Positions 1 to 8,595 of a DNA stretch of 64,000 nt are shown one piece after another. Made by a program: the position numbers and the translations under genes. Position 1 is the first letter of the stretch; the number at the start of each line of letters is the position of its first letter. The stretch is from Burkholderiales bacterium (GTDB taxonomy: Bacteria > Pseudomonadota > Gammaproteobacteria > Burkholderiales > Burkholderiaceae_D): positions 20,247 through 84,246 of the forward strand of contig JBBQZO010000005.1 of NCBI GenBank assembly GCA_038207625.1, read 5' to 3'. The notes beneath the pieces are model-generated. The model saw nothing but the letters and a program-made list of their open reading frames with translations, had not been told where the DNA came from and ran no database searches.

Positions 1-378
1 GGGCGCGTCGTGGCAGTCCATTGCAACTACTTCGCCGACAGCAAATCGGGCACCGAAGGCAGCGCCAATTACAAGGTCAAGGGCAATATCCACTGGGTCA
101 GCGCGGCCACCGCGGTGAGCGCCGAAGTGCGCCTGTACGAGCGCCTGTTCACCGATCCGCAACCGGACGCAGGCGGCAAGGACTTCAAACTGGCGCTCAA
201 CCCGAACGCCAAGGAAGTCGTGCAAGCCTATCTGGAACCGGGCATGGCCGCAGCCGAAGCCGATCAGCGCTTCCAGTTCGAGCGGCACGGCTACTTCGTG
301 GCCGACCGCGTCGACAGCGCACCCGGCCAACCGGTGTTCAACCGGGTCACAACCTTGAAGGACAGCTTTACCAAGTAG
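1..378 (+). CDS. glnS: glutaminyl-tRNA synthetase, C-terminal fragment (5' end outside window)
   Basis: ORF 10..378 in frame 1 running to the window edge. The C-terminal anticodon-binding region motifs (IHWVSA, FERHGYF..DR) are typical of GlnRS. A terminator follows. Confidence 0.75.
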   Translation, partial: GRVVAVHCNYFADSKSGTEGSANYKVKGNIHWVSAATAVSAEVRLYERLFTDPQPDAGGKDFKLALNPNAKEVVQAYLEPGMAAAEADQRFQFERHGYFVADRVDSAPGQPVFNRVTTLKDSFTK

Positions 379-402
379 CCAGCCGCGCTGGCGCACCACG
401 CA

Positions 403-427
403 ACCCGCCGCGGCGGGTTTTTTTTCG
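403..427 (+). terminator. rho-independent terminator downstream of glnS
   Basis: GC stem acccgccg/cggcggg followed by a 9-T run. Confidence 0.8.
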
Positions 428-465
428 TCACGCCATTGTTAAGAATTGCAAAACAACAAGAATGC

Positions 466-497
466 CTTGACTGGAAATGGTAACTGTTTGTATATTT
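466..497 (+). promoter_or_regulatory. candidate sigma70 promoter for the sensor kinase gene
   Basis: AT-rich island with TTGACT (466-471) and TGtATATTT/TATATT (488-497). Spacing is slightly long. Confidence 0.3.
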
Positions 498-562
498 GAC
501 TAACCATTAGTAGTTTAAGAAATGTTTATTCCGCCTAAACGCACGCCCGACTAGCGACGCCC

Positions 563-2422
563 ATGCACTCTTTGTTCAACCCCGGCAATCTGCTTGCGCC
601 CAGGAAACCTGCCTGGTGGAGCGGCTTGCTGTTGTCGTTCGGGGTCGCGCTGCTGTTCTACATGGCCACATCCGCATCGATCGAACACGATGCCGGCGAA
701 CGCTTCGAGAACATGGCACGCAACACCCAGTACACCATCAACGCTAAGATCAAGTCGTACACCGACGTGATGCGCGGCGCCGCCAGTCTGCTGCAAAACG
801 GCGCGCCGACCACCCGCGCCCAGTTCCAGCGCTACGTGACGGGACTGGATCTGCCCAAGCATTTTCCGGCCATGGAAACGGTCAATTTCGCCCTTGCGCT
901 GAGCGCACAACAGCTGCCCGCGTTCGAAGCTGCCATGCGCGCCGACAGCTCGCTGGCCAGCGACGGCTACCCGCCCTATCAGCTCAAGCCGCCCGGCGCG
1001 CGCGCGCGCTACGCGATCCTGGTGTTCGTCGAACCGATCGCGGTGGTGCATGAGCGCTTCGGCTTCGATATCGAAACCAGAGCCGGCGCCTCGCTGGCCG
1101 AATCGCGCGACACCGGCGAACTGTCGGTGACGGGCGTACCGATCATGCTCCCATCGCGCCCGCAGCATGTGGGCATGGCGATGCGCCTGCCCGTCTACCG
1201 GGCCGGCGCGCCGACCTCGAACGTGGCCGAGCGGCGCGCCGCCTACACCGGCTCGGTGGGCATCGGCTTTAGCCTGTACACGCTGATCGGCAGCGTCCTG
1301 GGCGACTCGCCCAATAACACGTTCAGGCTGGCGCTGTACGACGGCGGCAAGTACAGCGGCACGCCCGATCTGACGCACCAAGCGGGCGACCGCCCGCTGT
1401 TTAGCAACGTGCCCGCCAACGATCCCAGGCTGGCCGTCGGGGGCGCGTTCCAGCGGCCGGAATTTACGCTCACGCTGCCGATCGACTACAACGGTCGCTT
1501 GTGGAAAGCCCATTTCAGCGTCGACAAGAACGCGCTGTACACCCGTTTCGATCACTACTTTCCGTGGCTGTCGATGCTGGCCGGCTTCATCAGCACGATG
1601 TTGATTTACGCCTTGTTCTACACGCTGAGCTCATCGCGTCTGCGCGCCGTGACGATGGCCAAGGACATGACCAAGGAATTGCGCGACAGTCAGGCCAGTT
1701 TGCAGCTGTCGCATCATCAGCTGCGCGAACTGGCCGCCCACGCCGACCAGATCAAGGAACAGGAACGCAAGCGCATCGCGCGCGAGATTCACGACGATCT
1801 GGGACAGAACCTGCTGGTGCTACGCATCGAAGCCGATATCCTGGCCTCACGCACGGGCGCGCGCCACCCGCGCCTGCATGCGCGCGCGCGCGCCACGCTG
1901 GACCAGATCGATTCGACCATTAAAAGCGTGCGCCAGATCATCAACGACCTGCGCCCCAATGTGCTCGATCTGGGACTGGCGGCGGCCGTCGACTGGCAAA
2001 TCGGCGAGTTCCGGCGCCGCACCGGCATCGTCTGCGAGCAGACCAATTACCACAGCGACATCACGCTCAACGATCGCTGCGCGACCGCTTTTTTTCGCAT
2101 CTTGCAGGAGTCACTCAACAATGTGTCGCGCCACGCCGAGGCGAGCCGGGTCCAGGTGTCGCTGACGCTGATCGATGGCCGGCTGGCCATGATGATCAGC
2201 GACAACGGGGTCGGCCTGCAGGCAAACGAGCGCAACAAAGTTGGCTCGTTCGGTCTGGTCGGCATCGAGGAACGCATCCGCATCCTGGGCGGCACGTTTT
2301 CAATCATCAGCAGCCCAGGCGCCGGCACCACGGTGTACGTGTCGGTGCCGTTCCAGGCCACCGAAGCGGACGCCCAGCCGCTGGACGGGCCATACGGCGA
2401 CGACATCTTCGCCGTCATCTGA
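563..2422 (+). CDS. sensor histidine kinase with periplasmic CHASE-like domain and NarX/LiaS-type HisKA_3 + HATPase_c
   Basis: 619 aa. N-terminal TM segment, a large extracytoplasmic domain and a second TM segment. H-box 'RIAREIHDDLGQNL' and C-terminal ATPase motifs (DNGVGL, GLVGIEERI..GG). Confidence 0.85.
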   Translation: MHSLFNPGNLLAPRKPAWWSGLLLSFGVALLFYMATSASIEHDAGERFENMARNTQYTINAKIKSYTDVMRGAASLLQNGAPTTRAQFQRYVTGLDLPKHFPAMETVNFALALSAQQLPAFEAAMRADSSLASDGYPPYQLKPPGARARYAILVFVEPIAVVHERFGFDIETRAGASLAESRDTGELSVTGVPIMLPSRPQHVGMAMRLPVYRAGAPTSNVAERRAAYTGSVGIGFSLYTLIGSVLGDSPNNTFRLALYDGGKYSGTPDLTHQAGDRPLFSNVPANDPRLAVGGAFQRPEFTLTLPIDYNGRLWKAHFSVDKNALYTRFDHYFPWLSMLAGFISTMLIYALFYTLSSSRLRAVTMAKDMTKELRDSQASLQLSHHQLRELAAHADQIKEQERKRIAREIHDDLGQNLLVLRIEADILASRTGARHPRLHARARATLDQIDSTIKSVRQIINDLRPNVLDLGLAAAVDWQIGEFRRRTGIVCEQTNYHSDITLNDRCATAFFRILQESLNNVSRHAEASRVQVSLTLIDGRLAMMISDNGVGLQANERNKVGSFGLVGIEERIRILGGTFSIISSPGAGTTVYVSVPFQATEADAQPLDGPYGDDIFAVI

Positions 2423-2559
2423 GCCCTTCGGGCCCGACGAAACTCCTACCAGCCCCGTCGGACGACACGGCACGGCGTAGGAATCTACTGACGCAATGTT
2501 TGATCTAACGCAAACATGACCATTCCCTCATCCCCGAAAATGATTTCCGATGCTTTCGC

Positions 2560-2590
2560 TCAACACGTTGCAGCGTGTTGAGTTCTTTTA
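2560..2590 (+). terminator. possible terminator or regulatory hairpin after the kinase gene
   Basis: Perfect 8-bp inverted repeat tcaacacg-N6-cgtgttga followed by gttctttta. Confidence 0.3.
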
Positions 2591-2728
2591 AGCTGCCGCC
2601 GCGCCCTCCCCGCGCAGACATCCGCCCGCCCCGCCAAGGAGAATCAGACTGCCACCAGGAAGGCTGCCACGCTGAAGGCATATTCGAAACCAACAATCAC
2701 AATTTAACTTTTACAGAAGGAGAAACTC

Positions 2729-3457
2729 ATGATCTCGAATGATGAATTCAAGGCCATCGCCGCATTGGATCTCGACCCCATCAAGGTCAAACTGATGCAT
2801 CGTGAGTCGGGCGAAGGCTGGAGCCTGGCCAAGGCAAACGCGATGGAGATTGAATATCGCCGCTTCCTGTTCCTGATGAAAAAATTCCCTCACGAGCAGA
2901 CCGCGCCACTGGTCGACGTCGACACCTTCTGGCATTACCACATTCTCGACACGATGAAATATGCGGTCGATTGCGAAGCCGTGTTCGGCCATTTCCTGCA
3001 TCACTTTCCCTACATCGGCATGCGCGGCGAGGACGATGTTGAACTGCATCAGCGCAGCGCCGCACGCATGCAAGAACTGTACGAGAGCACGTTCGGGGTG
3101 GCCTATCTGCGCGCCGCGCCAGCGACTGGCGAAGCCGACCGCGCCTACTGCGGCATGGCCAATGCCAGCGCATATTGCGGCATCGCCAATGCCAGCGCGG
3201 ATCGCGGCACGGCTACGCCAACGTCTGCTTACCGCATGATGGACGCGCCAGCGGCGAGCGCGGCGCCAACTGCCGTTGCGGCCTATTGCGGCATCGCCGC
3301 AACAGGGGCGTCACCGGCGTCCTATTACAGCAAGGCAATACAAGCGTCGTATTTCAACATTGCCGCGAAGGCCGCGTACTGCGGCATCACAGCGAACGCC
3401 GCTGGTGAACACAGCCGTTTCAATGCCCAGCGTCCGACACTGGCCATGGCCGCCTAA
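2729..3457 (+). CDS. DUF1399/GRDP-like His-rich domain protein with C-terminal degenerate AYCG repeats (paralog A)
   Basis: 242 aa. RBS aaggag 8 nt upstream. N-domain motifs FWHYHILDT, Y..DC, HHFPY. C-terminal region has 4 AYCG motifs in an Ala-rich tract. No signal peptide. Confidence 0.75.
   Translation: MISNDEFKAIAALDLDPIKVKLMHRESGEGWSLAKANAMEIEYRRFLFLMKKFPHEQTAPLVDVDTFWHYHILDTMKYAVDCEAVFGHFLHHFPYIGMRGEDDVELHQRSAARMQELYESTFGVAYLRAAPATGEADRAYCGMANASAYCGIANASADRGTATPTSAYRMMDAPAASAAPTAVAAYCGIAATGASPASYYSKAIQASYFNIAAKAAYCGITANAAGEHSRFNAQRPTLAMAA
3142..3390 (+). repeat. degenerate in-frame AYCG-encoding repeat tract in paralog A
   Basis: Repeated gcnta(y)tgcggc units at irregular spacing. Confidence 0.6.
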
Positions 3458-3496
3458 GTAGTCGTCACCGCGCACCGCACAGCATCGCTCCCCGCA

Positions 3497-3521
3497 CGCC
3501 GGACCAGTTCCGGCGTTTTTT
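3497..3521 (+). terminator. rho-independent terminator after paralog A
   Basis: cgccgga-ccagt-tccggcg followed by TTTTTT. Confidence 0.6.
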
Positions 3522-3908
3522 CGTGCTGCTGCCATGCAAGCAAACAGCGCCGCGGCGGCGCCGCCTTGGCCGCCACACCCGTCATCGCATCGCCATTTTG
3601 CGTGTTAATCATGCTTGCATGAACACCATTTAATTTCAGCAACCTTTGAATATACTGTGTAAAGTCCCCGATACCTTGTGACGCCCGGCGTTGACAAAAT
3701 TGCTGACAGGCATCAATCGAGTGCAGGTGGGTGGCGGCGGAATGCCGCACTTTCCACTATCGTTCATTGTGTTCTCCATGCGACATTGGGGGCCACGGTT
3801 CCAGTTACCAGTCCACCTCTGCATGCGCCCCACACCGGACCTCAGCGCGTACTGCGATACCAGCTTTGCCATTCAACCGACGCTTCCCCACGTAAAGGAA
3901 CTTCAATC

Positions 3909-4670
3909 ATGCATGCAAATGAACACGACGCGGCCATTGCCGACCTCGACCTCGCCCCGATCAAGCTCAAGCTGATGCACCGTGCCTCCGGCGAAGGCTG
4001 GACGCTGGGCAAGGCCAACGCGGTGGAACGTGAATACCGGCGCTTCCTGACATTGATGAAGATGTTTCCAGCCGAGCCGACGGCGCCGCTGGTGGACGTC
4101 GATATTTTCTGGCACTACCATATTCTCGACACGATGAAATACGCGGCCGACTGCGCCGTCGTGTTTGGCTATTTCCTGCACCATTTCCCCTACGTGGGAA
4201 TGCGCGGCGAAGCCGATGAGCAAGCCCGTCAGGCACATGGTGTTCGCATGAAACAGTTGTACGAGCAAACCTTTGGCGAGCCCTACCTGCCCGATGTGGC
4301 GGGCGCACCGACCAACGCCTATTGCGGCGCGGCAGGAACCGTCGCTTACTGCGGCGCCACTGCCAACGCGGCTTATTGCGGGGCCACCGCCAAGGCAGCC
4401 TACTGCGGAGCCGCAGCGACGCCGGCATATTGTGGCGCCAATGCAAATGCGGCCTATTGCGGGGCCACTGCCACGACGGCGTATTGCGGAGCTGCAACGG
4501 CGGCGGCGTATTGCGGAGCCGCAACGGCGGCGGCCTACTGCGGCGCCGCAACGACGGCCGCCTACTGCGGCGCGAGTGCGCTCAGCGCACCGACCGATCA
4601 GCATGCCCGCAACGCTAGCGGCAATGCGCATGTTTATGCTGAACGGCCCCGCCTCGACGGCGCGAGCTAG
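3909..4670 (+). CDS. DUF1399/GRDP-like His-rich domain protein with 10 tandem AYCG nonapeptide repeats (paralog B)
   Basis: 253 aa starting MHANEHD, with RBS aaggaa upstream. About 75% identical to paralog A over the N-domain. The C-terminus carries 10 repeats of 'AYCG(A)xxxx'. Confidence 0.8.
   Translation: MHANEHDAAIADLDLAPIKLKLMHRASGEGWTLGKANAVEREYRRFLTLMKMFPAEPTAPLVDVDIFWHYHILDTMKYAADCAVVFGYFLHHFPYVGMRGEADEQARQAHGVRMKQLYEQTFGEPYLPDVAGAPTNAYCGAAGTVAYCGATANAAYCGATAKAAYCGAAATPAYCGANANAAYCGATATTAYCGAATAAAYCGAATAAAYCGAATTAAYCGASALSAPTDQHARNASGNAHVYAERPRLDGAS
4316..4590 (+). repeat. 27-bp tandem repeat x10 (coding, AYCGAxxxx)
   Basis: Unit gcc-tay-tgc-ggn-gcn-n12 repeated head-to-tail 10 times. 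Confidence 0.9.
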
Positions 4671-4749
4671 GCGTGCGCTAACTGGGCCGATCATGCGGCG
4701 CGAGCGCGTTTCCAGGCTTGCGCCGCAGCACAGGGCGGGCGTGTCGCGC

Positions 4750-4781
4750 GTCGGCGCCGCGATCACTGCGATCGCGGCGCC
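4750..4781 (+). other. perfect 12-bp-stem hairpin without T-tract
   Basis: ggcgccgcgatc-actgc-gatcgcggcgcc, downstream of paralog B. Confidence 0.5.
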
Positions 4782-4956
4782 GACGCGCGCACCATCGCAA
4801 GCGGCTGTTGCGTCACTTGCTATTTTTAGTGCCCTACTGAAAGTTTTTTCAGGAATTTGCGCTAAAATAGCAGCTAAGAAAACGCATTGCGTACGTCGCA
4901 TGATGCGCTCAACAAGCCCAGGCGCATGCCTGCGGCCAACCCACATCGAGGCCTCT

Positions 4957-5133
4957 ATGGCAGTCAACGCTATTACATCGAACAACGTCCCCGCCGCCGC
5001 TGCGGCGCCCAATCCCGCTACCCGGATCGACAAGCCGATCGAAAAGAGCGTCGAACCAGCCCCCCAGGCTGTCGCACCGAGCGTCAATACCAGTGGTCAG
5101 ACCACCGGCACCACCATCAGCACATCGGCCTGA
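4957..5133 (+). CDS. small Ala/Pro/Thr-rich hypothetical protein (58 aa)
   Basis: ATG with a gagg Shine-Dalgarno site 5 nt upstream. Low-complexity product. Codon bias is roughly consistent with coding. Confidence 0.3.
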   Translation: MAVNAITSNNVPAAAAAPNPATRIDKPIEKSVEPAPQAVAPSVNTSGQTTGTTISTSA

Positions 5134-5198
5134 ACGTTCGCACCGGCGCACGCAAGCCATCCGGTCGGCCAGGCCGCCCGGATCGGCAAGAGCGCCGC

Positions 5199-5438
5199 TT
5201 ATGCCGCCATCAAGGCGCGCAATTCCCGAATACTGAAATCGCTGATTTCGTGCATGCGGATCAGGATGGTCGCGCCGATCGGCAAGGTCTGGTGACGGAT
5301 CTTGCTGATGACGGGCGGGGCAACTTCCAGCGCGCGCGACAGGGCCGCGTCATTTTTCAGCTGAAGTTTGTCGATGATGGCGTCAAGCACCTTGTTTGGA
5401 TTATAACTGGCGGTATCAGGGAGTCTGCGGATTGGCAT
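5199..5438 (-). CDS. Cro/CI-type HTH DNA-binding protein, YdaS/Cro-like
   Basis: 79 aa. 'LSRALEVAPPVISKIRHQTLP..IRMHEISDFSIRELRA' resembles YdaS/P22-Cro-like HTH proteins (by recollection). Lies in a lower-GC stretch. Confidence 0.55.
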   Translation of the reverse strand: MPIRRLPDTASYNPNKVLDAIIDKLQLKNDAALSRALEVAPPVISKIRHQTLPIGATILIRMHEISDFSIRELRALMAA

Positions 5439-5639
5439 AATTCAAAATCTAATAATACGTCACGATACCGTGACTAATTCGTCACTACTATTCATGTGCG
5501 AGGGGAAAATGGGCGCATACTGACGAGGTCAGTTGTTTATGCGGTCTTTTTGTGCAAGGCCAGTACTATACACGGTTTCGTTATTCTTTGACCAATCCGA
5601 TGCACCTTGCCTGCGCCAGCTGTGGTAAACACAACAAGC

Positions 5640-5906
5640 TCAGCCCGCTTCGCCACACTGAAACGTGTACACCGGCCGCGTGACGCGAAACATCCATTCC
5701 AGCGCGAGCAGCGCGAACAGCTGGCTTATCTTCCCGGGAAGAAAATCGAGATAGGTGCTCAGCGTCGGCACCTCATCGCCGTCGGAAAAGCGCCAACCGA
5801 GCTGGCGGCGGATTTCTTCGGGCGTCGGCGGCGGACGCAAGGCGTATTCGCGCTGACTCATGTAGGCGCGTACGGTTTCCTTGCTTGGATGGGTAATCTG
5901 GTGCAT
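5640..5906 (-). CDS. hypothetical small protein (88 aa)
   Basis: The reverse ORF has coding-like codon usage, whereas the overlapping + ORF 5607..5951 is a low-complexity Arg-rich shadow. Confidence 0.4.
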   Translation of the reverse strand: MHQITHPSKETVRAYMSQREYALRPPPTPEEIRRQLGWRFSDGDEVPTLSTYLDFLPGKISQLFALLALEWMFRVTRPVYTFQCGEAG

Positions 5907-6234
5907 TGCGTCCTCCTTGGGCAGGCGAAATGTGAGGAAGGGGAACGATAAACATTACTTATCAGAAGCGCGCCATTCCATCACGACTTAGCTCACCTTA
6001 TCGCCTATGCTAGCCCAAGGATTTGACGTGCGTCAATTTTGCTGCACCGCGTCATAAAAACCTCGACGCCCTGATCCGTCCCGTTGCCGGCGGCCGGGCG
6101 ATGCAGCGCGGGCCGCTGCTGTGCCGACACGACAGGGACGCCGCGGGGGCACTGCGAGCACGCCAGAGCGGGCCGCGCTGCACCGAAGGCCCTGCGTGAC
6201 GCCAGCAGCGCGCCAGGCACGTCGACTCCCTTGC

Positions 6235-6522
6235 TTATTTCTTTTCGCGCACCCGCTGTTGCTGCTTCTTCTGGGTTTGCACTTTGTTGCGCTTGGTCTC
6301 GACCAGAGTCGCGGCGTCCTTGCGCGCCTGCTCTTCGGTGCGCATGTCTTCCTTGAGGTCATGCTGGACAAAAAAATCGGCTGCCTGGGCATCGACAACC
6401 AGGGCGATGGCGCCCTCATCTTCATAGTCGAACAGTTCGGTGATCAGGGTCGTAACTTCGTCGAGATATTCTTCGTAGGTCATACTGGTGCTGCTGGTCA
6501 TGGCGGTACTCCGGTTGTTCAA
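6235..6522 (-). CDS. hypothetical small protein, acidic N-terminus and basic C-terminus
   Basis: 95-aa ORF 'MTYEEYLDEVTTLITELFDYEDEG...KRNKVQTQKKQQQRVREKK'. The overlapping + ORF looks like an antisense artifact. Confidence 0.45.
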   Translation of the reverse strand: MNNRSTAMTSSTSMTYEEYLDEVTTLITELFDYEDEGAIALVVDAQAADFFVQHDLKEDMRTEEQARKDAATLVETKRNKVQTQKKQQQRVREKK

Positions 6523-6526
6523 GGCG

Positions 6527-7438
6527 CTATTTTAACGCAGTCGCCCGCGCTGCCGCGGCCAAGGCCGCCAGCGCCGGTCCCACCAGCGGATAGCGCAGAC
6601 GCACCCCCAGCTCGTGCTTGATGCGCCGGTTCTGCATGCGGCGCGACTCGGACATGAACGACAGCAGCATCGGCGAGACCGCCAGCGCCAGGTCGGCGCG
6701 CGCCAGGCGCGGCGGACGCGCCAGCGCAAACGCGTCGGCCACCGCGTCGAAATACTCGGCCATGTGCATCTGGCTGTCGTCGACGGCGTGATAGACCCGG
6801 CCTGGCAGGGCGCGCAGCAAGGCGCACACGATGATGCGCGCCAGGTCGTCGGCATGGATGTGGTTGGTGTACACGTCGTCCTCCACGCGCAAAGCCGGCG
6901 TGCCTTGTTCGAGCCGCTTGAGCGGCAAGCGCTCGCTCGCGTAGATGCCCGGCACGCGCAGGATCGCCAGCCGGCCCTGCTTGCGGCGCGCCCACGCGCG
7001 CAACACCTGCTCGGCATCGACGCGCCGGCGCGCGCGCGCATTGTGCGGCGCCAGCTTGCGCGTTTCATCGATCAGCGCGCCGCCGCAATCGCCGTAGACG
7101 CCGCTGGTGCTGACATAAACGAGATGGGCCCGCTCAGGTAAAATGGCGCACAGATTGCGGCTGCGCCGGTCCAGCGCGCCGTCCGACTGGGGCGGCACCA
7201 GATGCACCACATGCTGCGCCAGACCGGCCAGACGGGCGATGCTGTGCCGGTCGTCCAGGTTGGCCACCAGCGGCACGGCACCGGCGGCGCGCAGTTGCGC
7301 GCAGCGCGCCGGCGAGCTGGTCACGGCGAAGATGCGGAACTGGCGGCGCAGCAGCGGCAGCAAGCGCATGCCGACGTCACCGCAACCGAGGATCAACAGG
7401 CGCGGTCGTTTCAATTTCACAGTAGTGTTGTTCTTCAT
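6527..7438 (-). CDS. NAD-dependent epimerase/dehydratase family protein (extended SDR)
   Basis: Start MKNNTTVKLKRPRLLILGCGDVG (Rossmann GxGxxG), placed by counting within ORF 6527..7819. The upstream 127 codons of that ORF overlap the divergent gene's promoter region. Confidence 0.8.
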   Translation of the reverse strand: MKNNTTVKLKRPRLLILGCGDVGMRLLPLLRRQFRIFAVTSSPARCAQLRAAGAVPLVANLDDRHSIARLAGLAQHVVHLVPPQSDGALDRRSRNLCAILPERAHLVYVSTSGVYGDCGGALIDETRKLAPHNARARRRVDAEQVLRAWARRKQGRLAILRVPGIYASERLPLKRLEQGTPALRVEDDVYTNHIHADDLARIIVCALLRALPGRVYHAVDDSQMHMAEYFDAVADAFALARPPRLARADLALAVSPMLLSFMSESRRMQNRRIKHELGVRLRYPLVGPALAALAAAARATALK

Positions 7439-7450
7439 TTTGAGGATTGT

Positions 7451-8479
7451 ATGTCTTTCCAAATCACTGTCCAGCCCAGCGGCCACCAATTTAGCTGCGA
7501 GGCGGACGAATCGGTGCTGGCCGGCGCAATCCGGGCCGGCGTCGGCCTGCCCTACGGTTGCAAAAACGGCGCCTGCGGTTCCTGCAAGAGCAAGATCATC
7601 GCCGGCAGCGTCACGCACAAAGCTTATCAGCAACGCGCGCTGACGCCCGAAGAACTGGCCCAGGGTTACGCGCTGCTGTGCTGCGCCAGCACCGGCGCTG
7701 ACCTGGTGATCGAGGCGCGCGAAATCGTCGGCAACTCCGACTATCCGGTGCGCAAGATGCCATCCCGCGTGGCCAGCTTGACCAAGGTGGCACCCGACGT
7801 CGCCGTCATCACGCTGCAACTACCGGCCAACGAACGGCTGGCCTACCGCGCCGGTCAGTATATCGAATTCATGCTGCGCGACGGCAAACGGCGCAGCTAC
7901 AGCATGGCCAGCGCGCCCAGCCTGGACGGCCCGATCGAGTTGCACATCCGCCACATGGCCGGCGGCCTGTTCACCGACCAGGTGTTTGGCAGCATGAAGG
8001 AACGCGACATCTTGCGCTTCGAAGGTCCGCACGGCACCTTCTTCCTGCGCGAAGAGTCGGAACTGCCGATCGTGCTGCTGGCCTCGGGCACCGGTTTCGC
8101 GCCCATCAAGGCGCTGGTCGAGCACCTGATCCACCTCAAATCAAGCCGCCCCGTTGCGCTGTATTGGGGCGGACGCCGTCCGCACGACCTGTACATGCGC
8201 GCGCTGTGCGAGCAGTGGGCCGCCAGCCTGCCCGGTTTTCGCTACGTGCCGGTGATTTCCGACGCGCTGCCCGAGGACCACTGGAGCGGGCGGACCGGCT
8301 TCGTGCACCAGGCGGTGATCGACGACCTGCCCGACCTGTCCGGCCATCAGGTGTACGCCTGCGGCGCGCCGCTGATGGTCGATGCGGCGCGGCGCGACTT
8401 CGTGGCGCGCTGCCAGCTGCCAGCGGAGCAGTTCTACGCGGACGCGTTCACCAGCGAAGCGGATCTGGCGCAAACTTAA
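7451..8479 (+). CDS. 2Fe-2S ferredoxin-NAD(P)H oxidoreductase, CDP-6-deoxy-delta-3,4-glucoseen reductase-like
   Basis: MSFQITV... with plant-type ferredoxin Cys motif 'CKNGACGSCKS', followed by FAD ('RSYSMAS') and NAD ('LLASGTGFAP') binding motifs. Confidence 0.8.
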   Translation: MSFQITVQPSGHQFSCEADESVLAGAIRAGVGLPYGCKNGACGSCKSKIIAGSVTHKAYQQRALTPEELAQGYALLCCASTGADLVIEAREIVGNSDYPVRKMPSRVASLTKVAPDVAVITLQLPANERLAYRAGQYIEFMLRDGKRRSYSMASAPSLDGPIELHIRHMAGGLFTDQVFGSMKERDILRFEGPHGTFFLREESELPIVLLASGTGFAPIKALVEHLIHLKSSRPVALYWGGRRPHDLYMRALCEQWAASLPGFRYVPVISDALPEDHWSGRTGFVHQAVIDDLPDLSGHQVYACGAPLMVDAARRDFVARCQLPAEQFYADAFTSEADLAQT

Positions 8480-8595
8480 TATTGCAACAAGCGCCGGCAA
8501 AGCCGCCGTTGCGCGCCGATTTAGGGTAATTTAGCGGGTCGCAGGCAGTTCGCCCGCGCCCTCCCCTTCTCGCGATGAAACTGAAAGGTTTTGCC

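Noticed and set aside
551-1555. 334-aa reverse-strand ORF antisense to the sensor kinase gene
   Set aside because: Arg/Gly/Ala-rich low-complexity translation typical of antisense frames in high-GC DNA. The + strand gene has clear domain structure.
3903-5087. 394-aa reverse ORF across paralog B and downstream
   Set aside because: Translation is Arg/Gly/Cys-rich repetitive nonsense mirroring the AYCG repeats. It is a shadow of the + strand gene.
5607-5951. + strand 114-aa ORF
   Set aside because: It overlaps a better reverse-strand ORF and its translation is Arg/Ala-rich low complexity.
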